A stretch of 64,000 nt of DNA from Candidatus Thorarchaeota archaeon (GCA_963726195.1 CAVSBO010000016.1:225675-289674); one strand, 5' to 3'; counted from the first letter of the stretch, positions 1 to 10,327 are shown. Numbers and translations are program-made. The notes: generated by a model not told the origin, from the letters alone.

Positions 1-1091
1 CATCCTCAGGTAGAGGTTAATCGCTGCGTTGAGCTGCCTGTCTATCTTCAGCCCACAGTTCCCGCACTCGAAGACCGCTCCTGTTCTTAGGTCTTTGTTT
101 ACCCACCCGCATCTGGAGCACTTCTTCGAGGTAAACTGCGGAGACAACTCTTCAACAGCGCCACCTTCCGCAACCCGTTCTCATGATCCCGCGCCAGTCC
201 GTTCTCGCCAACCTACGGTTCCACGTTCTCGAACGCGTGTATATCTTCTCCTTTCTCAGTGCCTCGAAGCCGCTCCTCCTCGAGAACACACGAATCGCTC
301 TCGCAATCTCAACCTGATGCTTCCTCGCACGGTTCCTTTCCCTTCTCGCTGTATTTTGTGAGGACTCTCTTCATCCTCTTACACTTCGAAGCCTTTCTCT
401 GCACGCTGCGCCTTTTCTCGAAGCTCGATATGTGGGTCGACACGAGTCTCCTCGTGTCTATCTTCACCCACCCTGTCTCAGGGCTGTAACCATCCAGGGA
501 TAGCATGTTCGAGTCCCAAGCTACCGCCTCAGCAGTTTTTTTCTCCTCCTCTTCTGCCACATGGATGGGCAGGTATATTCTATCGGGCGTGATGACGGGT
601 TCGCCCAAGCCCACGGAGGATACATTGTCGGGCAGCTTGAAGTAACGTCGGGAGAGGTCGATATAGGCGAACTCGCGTGGCCTCAGGGTGATCCTGAGTG
701 TGTCCCCCTCAAGTTTGAGAAGGGTCTGCTTGACCCGCAAAAAGAATCTCCCCGAATGTGGACATTCCCTTCTTCTCTCGCCCTTGTCATAGTTTCTTTT
801 CCACGAAGCCATAATACTGAAGGCGGTCTTCATGGCGGAGTCAATCCAGTGAGCGGCATAGCGCCACTCTTCCAAGCATTTGTTTCTCAGCTCCCGCTTG
901 AAGGCGTTGTCCTTCCTGTACTTGGGGTAGAGCCTGTACTGCTTCTTTCCTTTGATCTGGTGCTTCTTCCACTCTGTCGTCTGCCAGATGCACTGCAGCA
1001 TAGTGTTGAGGATGGTATTGTAGCCAGCCATTAGACCGTTGAGTGCTTCGCCCTGGTTATGGCTGAGTGAATAGGTCTTTAGCGCTTTCAA
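1..1091 (-). pseudogene. tnpB: TnpB RNA-guided nuclease, two frameshifts (about 340 and 175)
   Basis: TTG at 1091 after AGGAGGT; RuvC-I AWDSN; in shifted frames TSKKCSRCG...FECGNCGLKIDRQLNAAINLYLRM (Zn finger + RuvC-III). Confidence 0.85.
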
Positions 1092-1178
1092 CGACCTCCT
1101 CGTACTCGTGGCTCCTGAGACCGTAGGGTGCACACCTGAGAGAATACAGGCTTCTTTCAGTGTGTAAAGTCTTCCAGG
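1057..1178 (-). pseudogene. tnpA: IS607 TnpA serine recombinase remnant
   Basis: RLYTLKEACILSGVHPT (MerR-like HTH) joined out of frame to YGLRSHEYEEVVESAKDLFTQP*; catalytic core absent. Confidence 0.7.
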
Positions 1179-1233
1179 TCTACCTGAATTTGTATGACCT
1201 ATACCTATGTAAACCCATATAGACCGGAACTGT

Positions 1234-1533
1234 TTACGAGGCGTCCTTAGAGACCGGGGCTTCTGTTCGAGCGCCCAACACGACCTCCAAGTGCAGAAAG
1301 CTTGCACTCAAGCGCTCAAAGTTGGTCGGAACAGTAAACTCGCCTACCCCCAACGAGTTCAATGCGGTTTCAACTTTGGCTGTGGTCAGCTTGAAGTTAT
1401 CCTCGGATTTGAAAGCGATTAGAACTCGCTCGTGCTCCTGATCGGGCATCTTGAAGACTGAGTGTACGGGAATGCCGAGGTCTCTCAGGCCAGACTTGAT
1501 CTTGGACTCGATTGCATCCATTTCTGTAACCAT
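1234..1533 (-). CDS. Hypothetical protein (about 100 aa)
   Basis: Protein-like ORF; start trimmed to the ATG downstream of tRNA-Tyr. Confidence 0.6.
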   Translation of the reverse strand: MVTEMDAIESKIKSGLRDLGIPVHSVFKMPDQEHERVLIAFKSEDNFKLTTAKVETALNSLGVGEFTVPTNFERLSASFLHLEVVLGARTEAPVSKDAS

Positions 1534-1618
1534 CCGGTATGCAGTACGGTAAGAAGACACTAAAACTGCTGTAATAGTAGTGTAATACTCTAGGCCAAGT
1601 CTGAAGAAACAGAAATCG

Positions 1619-1695
1619 TGGTCGGGATGGCCGGATTTGAACCGGCAACCAATGGATCTACAGTCCATAGCTCTGCCAGATTGAGCTACATCCCG
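1619..1695 (-). tRNA. tRNA-Tyr(GTA)
   Basis: Cloverleaf CGGGATG/CATCCCG, loop CTGTAGA, GTTCAAATC, C1:G72, encoded CCA. Confidence 0.95.
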
Positions 1696-1845
1696 TCAAT
1701 GGATAGCCGGCCTCGGTGCGGATAAAAACGTTACTCAGTCGACTGCCACTTTGCCAGCAGCATCTTCAGTACATGACATGTTTTCGGAATCTTTGAAAGG
1801 TGCAACATATCAATTGGCAACAGAGCGAGCCAAGGAGGTGCGTCT

Positions 1846-4038
1846 CTGCCATCAAGACCGATTGAAGTCTTCTTTCCAATCGTTGAAATCAACAAGATTG
1901 CGGAAAGGGAGTCAACGGGCTTCGGCAGACGACACTATCGCCCTGTGTACGTAATACACAAGTGGTGGGCGCGAAGACTTGGCTCCGTCTTCCGTGCAAT
2001 ACTTCTGTATTCTCTTGCAGACAGCAGGTTGACAGAGTGGAATCAGAACCCCAGTGACCTGTGGGCATTCTATTCCCGTGACACACGTTTGAGCGGAAAG
2101 GTCGTTCTTGACCCGATGATGGGCGGAGGCACAACTGTCGTCGAAGCACTCAGGCTAGGATGCAAAGTCATAGGAGGAGACTTGAACCCCGTCTCTTGGT
2201 TTGTGGTGAAGAAGGAGATTGAGCAAATTGATACGAAGGTACTCAGGGACAGTCTCGTGAAGCTGGACAATGACCTCGGAAGTGAACTCCGTAAATACTA
2301 CAGGACTACGTGTCCTGAATGCGGCGGCAGTGCGGAAGCAATCTATTACTTCCATTGCAAAGAACTCGAGTGTGCAAATTGCAGCTCGAAGATTCCTTTA
2401 ATGCGAGATTTCTTTCTGACAAGATCCTCTAGGAGGACAGGGGACATCGTAGTCTGTCCAAACTGTTGGAGCGTCTTCGAAACGGCTGATGCATCGGCAC
2501 CGGCCAGATGCGCGAAATGCGGAACCCGATTCACTGCAAGAGGGATATCTTTCACTTCGGGACAGGAGTTCCTTTGTCCTAAACCAGGTTGTAGACCCAC
2601 ACGAATCGTCGAGGCCATTAGACGACAAGGTCGGCCTAAGGAACGAATGTATGCTATCGAGTTCTATTGCAGCGTATGTGATCAGACTGACAACCCAAGA
2701 CTGATGCACGGTAGAGGATACAAGGCTCCTGATGCTGCTGACCAAAGACTCTTGAAAGAAGCAGAAAGGGAGTTCGAAAGCGAAGCAGACCGACTGCCAA
2801 TCCCCGATGTTCTCATCCCCCAAGGAGTAGAGACCAGACGTGTCTTGAACCATGGATATGTGAGATTCAATGATCTGTTTAATGCAAGACAACTGCTCAA
2901 TCTCGGAAAGATATACAGGTGGATTCTGAGTGTTGAAGACTGGAATCTCAAAGAGTTTCTTGTACTGGCTTTCTCAAATTGCCTGAAGTACAACAATATG
3001 TTGTGCAAGTTCAATGGAACTAGGGGCTTCATAACCGACATCTTCAGAACTCACTCCTATTCTCCTTCGATGACTCCGGTTGAGAGCAACTGTTATGATA
3101 CAGCAAAAGGACGGGGGCCCTTCACGGCTTTCGTCAGGCTTGTAATTGAAGGAAAGGACTACTGCGCGGCCCCGTTTGAAAGGATAGTTGAAGGTGCTAC
3201 CATGAAAACGGTCCACTTCAGCACGCCGATTAAGAGCGAACTGGCGTTGGACTACAATGATTTTCGGGAGAATAAGCAGGCAATGTTGATTTGCGGCTCC
3301 TCAGTGAATATCGCCATTCCGGACAGCGCCGTAGATGCTGTTGTCACAGACCCTCCGTATGCGGGTAACGTGATGTATTCAGAGCTATCGAATTTCTTCT
3401 ATGTATGGTTGCGCATGGCTCTAAAATCCAAGTATCCTTGGTTCGAAAGTGAGACAGTTCCATGGGAAGAAGAAGTGATCTCTAACAAGATTCAGCAAAA
3501 GGGAGAGAAGGAGTTTCTTCGAGGACTCACTGGCGTCCTTGCTGAGGCCAACCGTACTCTGAAATCGGACGGTGTTCTCGTTTTCACATTTCATCACAGA
3601 AATCTCAACGAATGGGTTTCGGTGCTTCAGGCTGTGTTAGATTCTGGCTTCTCCGTGACTGCAGCATACCCGGTGAGAAGCGAGATGGAAGCCTCTACTC
3701 ACTTACGGCTAACCAACAGCATCAAGTATGATATTATTCTCGTATGCCGGAAAAGAGAGATGCAAAGCTATTCCAAGACTTGGTCTTCAGTGAAAAAGTC
3801 CATCGACAGAGCATCGAAAGAGGTTGTGACTATGCTCAAGACAGGAGGGGAGAAACCAACCCCGCTTGAGATACACATAATGACACTTGGAAAGTGTCTG
3901 GAGTGCTACTCGAAGTACTATCCTAATGTGTTCCATAACGGAAACAAAGTCACTGCAGAGGAAACTCTTCGTTCAATCAGTGCTGCTTCGGAATTGACTA
4001 CTCTGCACAATGGACTTCAAAGGAATGCGGAGACCTGA
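1846..4038 (+). CDS. DUF1156-type adenine DNA methyltransferase with Zn ribbons
   Basis: HKWWARR, VLDPMMGGGT (motif I), several CxxC, TDPPY (motif IV); frame extends upstream (PIEVFFPIVEINKIAERES) to a CTG preceded by GGAGGTG. Confidence 0.85.
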   Translation: MPSRPIEVFFPIVEINKIAERESTGFGRRHYRPVYVIHKWWARRLGSVFRAILLYSLADSRLTEWNQNPSDLWAFYSRDTRLSGKVVLDPMMGGGTTVVEALRLGCKVIGGDLNPVSWFVVKKEIEQIDTKVLRDSLVKLDNDLGSELRKYYRTTCPECGGSAEAIYYFHCKELECANCSSKIPLMRDFFLTRSSRRTGDIVVCPNCWSVFETADASAPARCAKCGTRFTARGISFTSGQEFLCPKPGCRPTRIVEAIRRQGRPKERMYAIEFYCSVCDQTDNPRLMHGRGYKAPDAADQRLLKEAEREFESEADRLPIPDVLIPQGVETRRVLNHGYVRFNDLFNARQLLNLGKIYRWILSVEDWNLKEFLVLAFSNCLKYNNMLCKFNGTRGFITDIFRTHSYSPSMTPVESNCYDTAKGRGPFTAFVRLVIEGKDYCAAPFERIVEGATMKTVHFSTPIKSELALDYNDFRENKQAMLICGSSVNIAIPDSAVDAVVTDPPYAGNVMYSELSNFFYVWLRMALKSKYPWFESETVPWEEEVISNKIQQKGEKEFLRGLTGVLAEANRTLKSDGVLVFTFHHRNLNEWVSVLQAVLDSGFSVTAAYPVRSEMEASTHLRLTNSIKYDIILVCRKREMQSYSKTWSSVKKSIDRASKEVVTMLKTGGEKPTPLEIHIMTLGKCLECYSKYYPNVFHNGNKVTAEETLRSISAASELTTLHNGLQRNAET

Positions 4039-4835
4039 GGAAGTAAGCCGAGTGCCAGTGCAAAGCAGAGGATAGTGAAGCCTGCCGAGATGATGAGCAA
4101 CGCCCAGTCGCTTGGACGCCAGCGCGTGGTGCGCAGGTACGTTCTCTTATCACTATAGCCAAAACCTCTACCGGTCATTGAGAGAGAGAGACTGTCAACC
4201 CTTGACAGGGCCGACACGAGTAGAGGAAAGAAAGTGTAACGTACGCTTCTGAGTATCTTGTGAATGCCGCCCACCTCAAGCGAAATACCTCTGGATTGCT
4301 GAGCCATCCGAACGATATTGTTCTCAGAATCGAATAGCGGGAGAAACCTTAGCGCTATGACCAGTGAGAATGAATACCTGTAGGGAATCCCAATCTTGGT
4401 CAGAGAGTAAGCAAGCAGCGTCGGGTCCGTGACCGAGACGAAGAGCATGCTGGAGAACACGATTACGAGAAATCTCACTACTATGTCTAAACCTCTTTCC
4501 ATGCCGAAATCGGTCACCGGGAAGAATGGACCAAAACTGCCTATTTGAGGCAACAGATAGAAGAGCGTTGAGCCATTTGCTATCACAACAATCTGTAGCA
4601 AGAACATCAGCGCCGCGAATGTGAGAATGAACTTCGTCCGACCTCTTGTCACCTTAAGCGGAACGTGCGAGAGCTTGAAACACACGAGAATGGAGAGAAG
4701 CACAAGTGCACTTAGTCGCCAGCTCGGGTAAACTACGATAGCAACTGCTAGAAATATGAGCGCACAAAGCTTCATCGCCGGATTCAAACGGTGAAGTGCT
4801 GTGTTCCTTTCGACGTATCCGATGCGTGAAGCCAA
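4017..4835 (-). CDS. ecfT: ECF transporter T component
   Basis: LHRLNP, TM helices, LRFLP, QSRG and GRGF motifs. Confidence 0.9.
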   Translation of the reverse strand: MASRIGYVERNTALHRLNPAMKLCALIFLAVAIVVYPSWRLSALVLLSILVCFKLSHVPLKVTRGRTKFILTFAALMFLLQIVVIANGSTLFYLLPQIGSFGPFFPVTDFGMERGLDIVVRFLVIVFSSMLFVSVTDPTLLAYSLTKIGIPYRYSFSLVIALRFLPLFDSENNIVRMAQQSRGISLEVGGIHKILRSVRYTFFPLLVSALSRVDSLSLSMTGRGFGYSDKRTYLRTTRWRPSDWALLIISAGFTILCFALALGLLPQVSAFL

Positions 4836-6290
4836 TTAGGATGCCACCTCGTCAAGACTGTATTCATGTCGTCCAATTTGCTCAAGTCTGCGAAAGACCG
4901 ACTCGGGGCGACCGTCCAACAACAACAAGCCATTGTCTAAGAAGATCACTCGGTTGCAATACTGTGCTGTGAAAGAGAGATTGTGAGTTGCCACGACACA
5001 GGCCCCACCTGTCTGGGCCCTTTCCGTGATCGTATTCGTGATGAACCTTCTGCCATGCTCGTCCTGTCCTATGAAAGGCTCATCAAACAAATACAGCTCG
5101 GGATCATGAATAACGGCCGAGCAGACGTTGAGACGCCGTTTCTGCCCGTGACTCAACGCGAAAGGGTTTCTATACTTCAGTTCTGCAAGACCGGCCTCGT
5201 CCAGACGTTTCTCATCGCGCTCGGTTGAATGACTCCGATTGAGACCCAGAACATCGAGCGTGAGAAGATACTCCTTCGAGACAGTCTGCTCGAATATCTG
5301 GTTGTTCGGGTTTTGAAATACTACTGCGACTCTTTTGGCCACGCCTTTCTTCGAAAGCCCATTGACTGGATTGGTTCCCAAGCAAACCTGTCCCTCCGAT
5401 GGATTGAGTAATCCACCCAATAGATAAAGAAGTGTTGTCTTCCCGGAGCCGTTGTCGCCCATCAGCGCGACTACCTCTCCACGATGGACTGCCAAAGTGA
5501 CTCTCTGAATCACTCGCCTGTCTGTGTAAGCGAAACTGACATTGGTCATTGAAGCGATGACTTCGGTCTCGATTGGTGCAGAGGAACGGTCCACGGGCTG
5601 GCCAGCTCCTTGGACAGTGTCTTTCGCCCATGGAGACAATCTGCCCTCGGACAACGATAGAACGCGATCCACTACTGGCAGGAATGCCCCAAGATTGTGC
5701 TCAATGCATAAGACACCGAGGTTCTTTTTCTTCAGCTCGACCAGTATCTGCCTGAGCTGAAGAATGCCTTTCGGATCGAGACTTGATGAGGGCTCATCTA
5801 GGATTAGATAATCAGGCTGACATGCAAGCATCGAAGCTATTACAATCCGCTGTTTCTCTCCGCCAGACAAAGCGTAAGTTTGACGCCCAGCAAGATGTGT
5901 TGAACCGATTGAAGCGAGGGATGAATCAACCAAACGGGTCATGGTTTCAGGGTCGACTAGGTAGTTCTCAGGTCCGAAAGCTATCTCGTCATTGACAGTG
6001 AGAGCGCAGATTTGGCTCTCGGGATCCTGCTGAATGAGCGCAACCTTCCGAGCAATCTCGGCCATCGGGAGAGAATCGGCATCGTTGCCGTCAATGGACA
6101 GGCTACCAGAGCACTCGCCACGAATGAGTCTTGGTATGAACCCGCAGAGGAACTTCACTAATGTTGACTTTCCAGAACCGGTTGGGCCCGTAACCAAGAG
6201 TATTTCGCCCGGTCGAAGTGTCAAGTCTACAGAACGAAGCACTGGTTGTACTCCATCATAGGAAAAGGTGATACGACGCGCTTCAAGCAT
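4836..6290 (-). CDS. ECF transporter fused double ATPase (EcfA-A')
   Basis: Two Walker A (GPTGSGKS, GDNGSGKT), LSGGEKQR and LSHGQKRR, QDPESQ and QNPNNQ. Confidence 0.9.
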   Translation of the reverse strand: MLEARRITFSYDGVQPVLRSVDLTLRPGEILLVTGPTGSGKSTLVKFLCGFIPRLIRGECSGSLSIDGNDADSLPMAEIARKVALIQQDPESQICALTVNDEIAFGPENYLVDPETMTRLVDSSLASIGSTHLAGRQTYALSGGEKQRIVIASMLACQPDYLILDEPSSSLDPKGILQLRQILVELKKKNLGVLCIEHNLGAFLPVVDRVLSLSEGRLSPWAKDTVQGAGQPVDRSSAPIETEVIASMTNVSFAYTDRRVIQRVTLAVHRGEVVALMGDNGSGKTTLLYLLGGLLNPSEGQVCLGTNPVNGLSKKGVAKRVAVVFQNPNNQIFEQTVSKEYLLTLDVLGLNRSHSTERDEKRLDEAGLAELKYRNPFALSHGQKRRLNVCSAVIHDPELYLFDEPFIGQDEHGRRFITNTITERAQTGGACVVATHNLSFTAQYCNRVIFLDNGLLLLDGRPESVFRRLEQIGRHEYSLDEVAS

Positions 6291-6302
6291 GGACGTTCTC
6301 GC

Positions 6303-7367
6303 CTAGTACACTCTAAGAGTGACGACTTGTTTCACCCACATCGAACCTGCATAGTTCCCGGCTATTAGCCAGAGACCAGTCTCGCCCTTTGACAGTAACA
6401 GGTGCGTGTCAGCAAGGACCGCACTTAAGTTGAAATTCACAGTATAGCCGTCGTGCGCAATTACGGTCAACATGGAAGCCGCCGACTCAGGACTGGCTTT
6501 GGCTAAGATTAAGCTCAAAAGAACCCCTGTGTAGTTCGCGGGACCTATGTGGGTTGATGTGCCATTCAGCTCCGCTACTATCGTAACCTGCTGGTTGGTG
6601 AACGCAGAGTATGTGAAGGTGTATGGATTTGCAACGAGCCCAGTGACATCACATGAGTATGGGTCTGGCAGTGTCTTCATCACAAACACGACATAGAATG
6701 TCGAACCAACGGTCAGGAAGAGAATCATTGCTATGGCTGGAAGATTCCGAATCCTTCTCTTCGGCGTGGGCGTTAGAGCCGGTATCACAGATTCAGACAC
6801 AGGAACAATGACGCTCGTATCATAGAGGAACTGCATAGTCTCCCACGCAAAATAGCCGCCGAAGATAACGCCAGAACAGAAGGCCAGTACTGTGATGAGG
6901 AACAGATAGATTGGGGGAACGACTGAGAAATAGAGGAATTGCAGTACCCATACATTGGAGGCGGAGGAGATACCAGCAAAAAGCCACCACGTAAGCTTCG
7001 ATCCGACTCCTGCACGGGATGGGCTTCCTCCAAAGGTGGCACCCACGTCAACAATCGCTCCTTGGATGAGAGACACTAACACAACAACAATACCATGTGT
7101 ACTGCCCGTGAGAAACTCGACAAAGCCCTTGAGAAGACCTCCTGCCGTTCCGACTCCTTTCTTCGGTACCGCCAGTCTGATTAATGCTATCCAGAAAACG
7201 TGGAGCCCCGCCATGAACTGACCCGCTCCAAATGGTACTCCTAGGCCGGCGTTTATGAGATTGCCAAGATAGCCTACGAATGTGCTCAGAGCACCGCCGA
7301 GAGAGGCCAGAACAGCGACCATGACGATTTCACGGGTCATCTGCGCAGTTGAACGGTCGAGAATCAC
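6303..7367 (-). CDS. ECF S component fused to a molybdopterin-oxidoreductase-like domain
   Basis: About 6-7 TM helices, then YTGVLL...AHDGY...WVKQVVTLRV. Confidence 0.7.
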   Translation of the reverse strand: MILDRSTAQMTREIVMVAVLASLGGALSTFVGYLGNLINAGLGVPFGAGQFMAGLHVFWIALIRLAVPKKGVGTAGGLLKGFVEFLTGSTHGIVVVLVSLIQGAIVDVGATFGGSPSRAGVGSKLTWWLFAGISSASNVWVLQFLYFSVVPPIYLFLITVLAFCSGVIFGGYFAWETMQFLYDTSVIVPVSESVIPALTPTPKRRIRNLPAIAMILFLTVGSTFYVVFVMKTLPDPYSCDVTGLVANPYTFTYSAFTNQQVTIVAELNGTSTHIGPANYTGVLLSLILAKASPESAASMLTVIAHDGYTVNFNLSAVLADTHLLLSKGETGLWLIAGNYAGSMWVKQVVTLRVY

Positions 7368-8911
7368 CCTTGGATCACCTCGATCAGTATTACATATCTC
7401 ACCCAGAGCGAACCTGCGGACGGGTAGTAATGAAAGCCTAGTCCCGGAACCGAAGTGGCTAAGCAGTCATCGTTACCATAAGCACCATCGGGTGCAAGCA
7501 TTACGATTCTCGGACCGTCTTGCCAAGTTGGAACCGATGTCCCGTTGAACTCATACGCGAGTATCATGTCTCCCTGCAGTGCGTGCCAAGAACCATTAGG
7601 AAAGACATTCCAGTAGGAGTACTGTCTCTCGTAGCCATCATATGCTGATACAGAAAGCAATTCGCTGGTTGTCATCCCACCAATGATGTCGAGCAAATCA
7701 GCTACTCTGACCCCCTTGTATGAGCCTTGCCCGCCCCAGTTGCCATATTGATTTTGGAACGACGACAAACCCGTAATGCTTGGTAGTCCTGCCAAATCCT
7801 CGACCGAAACCGTTACGCTCTCTGAAGTACCTTCGACCGTGACAGTACCAAGGCCTAGAACTGGAGGACTCAGCTGCACAACATTCGTCGTGAGATTAGA
7901 CCCTTGGAGCGTGACGTTGATGAAATGATACAATCCTCCTTGCGAGCTAGGAGATATGCCCGCGCCGGCACCTCCTGTTATTACGTAGCGCACACCGTTG
8001 CGAATGGTTTCGTTAAATATGTGAATGTGACCAGCGAATACTATGTTAACACCTGAAGTCTCGAACAGATTCATCAACCGTTCTGCTGTCGTGCTGTTGG
8101 ATAGCGTATGATTCTCCCCGGGACGGGGGTCAAACGGAGGAATATGCGTGAATACTATTTTCCATTCTGCTGAGGATCCAGTGATGTCCTTGGCTAGCCA
8201 ACTCAGGGCCTCCTCCGAAACATTACCCCTAGAAGTGTCGAGGATTGTAAAGTGTGCAGGACCAGAATCAAATGAATAACTGGACGGACCAAAGTGTCGA
8301 AGATATCTCACGTCACCGCCCATTCGTATGTCGTGGTTTCCAGCAGTAGCGAGCAAAGGTATCGTCAGGTTGTGAAGTGCCTGTACGAAACTGACATACT
8401 GTGTTTCTTGGCCAAAGGGCGTAATATCTCCGCAGTGGAACAGGAAATCGGGTCTGTCCTTATTGGCAGAGGACACAATCCGTTCTACTCCGCCTTGATA
8501 GCCCTGCGAATCACCGAAGACGTAGAATCTAACGGAATCTGACGGAGTGTGACGTAGATTCAACTGAGCTTGGAGCGCGGTCGTACGTATTTCGAAGATT
8601 TCAGAACTATATCCGACCGCAACAGCAGTGACTTGCGCATCTGATTCTGCGACCGCTCTCTCAGTGTCTATGTTGGTGATGTTGATTCTGAACAAGCCAA
8701 CGCCGGACTGGGAGTTCCACACCAGCGTAATGTTCACGCTGAGGCCCATAGCGCGGACAACCGCAGAATCGCTTGAGTTTTCAACCAAGTACCCCCCTTT
8801 GACCGAGATGGTAGGGGGTTCCCTTATGTTTTGAAGAAGAGATACGCCGACTGCGAAGCCTGCGGCTATTAGTACCAACGAGAGTGCAAGCACTGTCGCT
8901 CTACGATTCAT
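7364..8911 (-). CDS. Secreted or anchored calcineurin-like metallophosphoesterase with C-terminal molybdopterin-oxidoreductase-like domain
   Basis: N-terminal signal; GDSQG, GDI, GNHD, HIP, GHIH; YKGV..ADLL..AYDGY..LAYEFNG..GPR..WVRYV. Confidence 0.8.
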   Translation of the reverse strand: MNRRATVLALSLVLIAAGFAVGVSLLQNIREPPTISVKGGYLVENSSDSAVVRAMGLSVNITLVWNSQSGVGLFRINITNIDTERAVAESDAQVTAVAVGYSSEIFEIRTTALQAQLNLRHTPSDSVRFYVFGDSQGYQGGVERIVSSANKDRPDFLFHCGDITPFGQETQYVSFVQALHNLTIPLLATAGNHDIRMGGDVRYLRHFGPSSYSFDSGPAHFTILDTSRGNVSEEALSWLAKDITGSSAEWKIVFTHIPPFDPRPGENHTLSNSTTAERLMNLFETSGVNIVFAGHIHIFNETIRNGVRYVITGGAGAGISPSSQGGLYHFINVTLQGSNLTTNVVQLSPPVLGLGTVTVEGTSESVTVSVEDLAGLPSITGLSSFQNQYGNWGGQGSYKGVRVADLLDIIGGMTTSELLSVSAYDGYERQYSYWNVFPNGSWHALQGDMILAYEFNGTSVPTWQDGPRIVMLAPDGAYGNDDCLATSVPGLGFHYYPSAGSLWVRYVILIEVIQG

Positions 8912-9022
8912 CCAAGGCGGTCTCCGTTAGCCTTACTGATATGCTCAACCGAACATATCAGTGCGGAGATGGTAATAAGAAGATTAGGGAGAGGCAGCCA
9001 AAGACCATCTGATGGCAGTGAC

Positions 9023-9808
9023 TCAGTCAATGGGAATCCCAAACTGAGAGACCTTCTTCGCAAGAAGAAGGAGGCTGTCGTCTCTGCGCCAGCGAGCAGT
9101 TTCCTTCAGGGCACTAGAAACTGTTTGAGCGAATAATCCATCAATACCTGTGCTGCGAGCCTCGCCCTTGAGAGCCAAGTAGTGCTCAAGTAAGCGCCAA
9201 GCCAATGCCCTCTTTCTATTGTCAAAGATCGGTGCCGTGTCGAGCAGACTGGCCGCGATACCACCTATATCTAAAACCCATTCGCCGGGTCGGGACTCTT
9301 CGAAGTCTAGACCGTAGAGTTCTGCGTCGCTATAGATGAAGTTTCTAAGCTTTGCATCGCCCTTGATGAGGTTGTTTGCAGTGTGATACTTGTAATACCA
9401 CTGAGCCAGTGCATCAATTAGTCCGGGGTCGAAGGTCCGGTTAATTCTTTCAACCAGAAGCTCCCCTGATATGAACGACATCAGTATCACGCCTTGTTCG
9501 CCAGCAAGAACCTCTGGCACATTGAGGCCACGATCACGACAGGTTCTGAGAATTTGCAGCTCTTTTTCAAAGCGGTCAGTGACAAACAGCTTTGCGACCA
9601 CGTCAATTGGAGGAGTTCTTCTCCTGCCTCCGATTCTGAGTTGAAGAACGACGTTCTTTCTGCTTTCGAAACGTCGGGCAACTCCCACCTTGATGGTGGC
9701 ACCGAACTCGTGCTTCAAGAGAATCTCAAGCGTAGTTAGACGGCCCGGGTCAAGCTTGGTGCCGTCGACCCCCGTCAAGTCGCCGTTCAATCCCTTTAGG
9801 AGACTCAT
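9023..9808 (-). CDS. Bud32/RIO/Kdo-like kinase-fold protein
   Basis: VVAK, GLNVPEV, GDAKLRNF, LDFEE. Confidence 0.7.
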   Translation of the reverse strand: MSLLKGLNGDLTGVDGTKLDPGRLTTLEILLKHEFGATIKVGVARRFESRKNVVLQLRIGGRRRTPPIDVVAKLFVTDRFEKELQILRTCRDRGLNVPEVLAGEQGVILMSFISGELLVERINRTFDPGLIDALAQWYYKYHTANNLIKGDAKLRNFIYSDAELYGLDFEESRPGEWVLDIGGIAASLLDTAPIFDNRKRALAWRLLEHYLALKGEARSTGIDGLFAQTVSSALKETARWRRDDSLLLLAKKVSQFGIPID

Positions 9809-9893
9809 AGCGCATGGCCATCACTTCCCCGCGTCTATTAGCGTATCGACTGGACCAAACAGGTTTAATGGTCAATGCCAAGCAACCGACAAC

Positions 9894-10115
9894 ATGAAAA
9901 TGACGGACGGAGTCCGCAATTCGGAAAGGAGCAAGCAGCGCTGCACATGCACGTATACGGGCTGTCCAAGACAAGGCTATTGCTGTGATTGCCTTCAGTA
10001 TCACTAGAAGAATCATGAACTTCCGGGATGTCTCTTCCCGCCTGAAGCTGAGAAAACCTACGACCGCTCCCTCGAACATTTCCTAGAAATCTGGGGAAGG
10101 AAATCTAAGAAATGA
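9894..10115 (+). CDS. Small Cys-rich DUF6485-like protein interrupted by in-frame TAG (10005-10007)
   Basis: CTCTYTGCPRQGYCCDCLQYH*KNHELPGCLFPPEAEKTYDRSLEHF, same frame on both sides of the TAG. Confidence 0.7.
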
Positions 10116-10187
10116 AACATGTGCTTCCGGTTCTTCGGGGAATCAGGTGTAAAAGCCTTAAGGAGCTGGTTTTCATGAACCACAAAG

Positions 10188-10265
10188 GGGCGCGTAGTCT
10201 AGCCTGGACAAGGCACGAGCCTTCGGAGTTCGATGTCGCCGGTTCAAATCCGGCCGCGCCCGCCA
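10188..10265 (+). tRNA. tRNA-Arg(TCG)
   Basis: GGGCGCG/CGCGCCC stem, loop CTTCGGA, encoded CCA. Confidence 0.95.
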
Positions 10266-10327
10266 CTCACTCCTCAGCCTATTGGACCTTTCTGTAGATT
10301 CTGCCTTGAAACGTACAACCCAAACTG

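Larger units (their letters stand above)
1..1225 (-). mobile_element. Non-autonomous IS607-family element (deleted tnpA + tnpB), runs off the left edge
   Basis: TnpA HTH and C-terminal remnants directly upstream of tnpB; short TAT/AGGT-rich repeats at about 1180-1225; boundary approximate. Confidence 0.75.
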
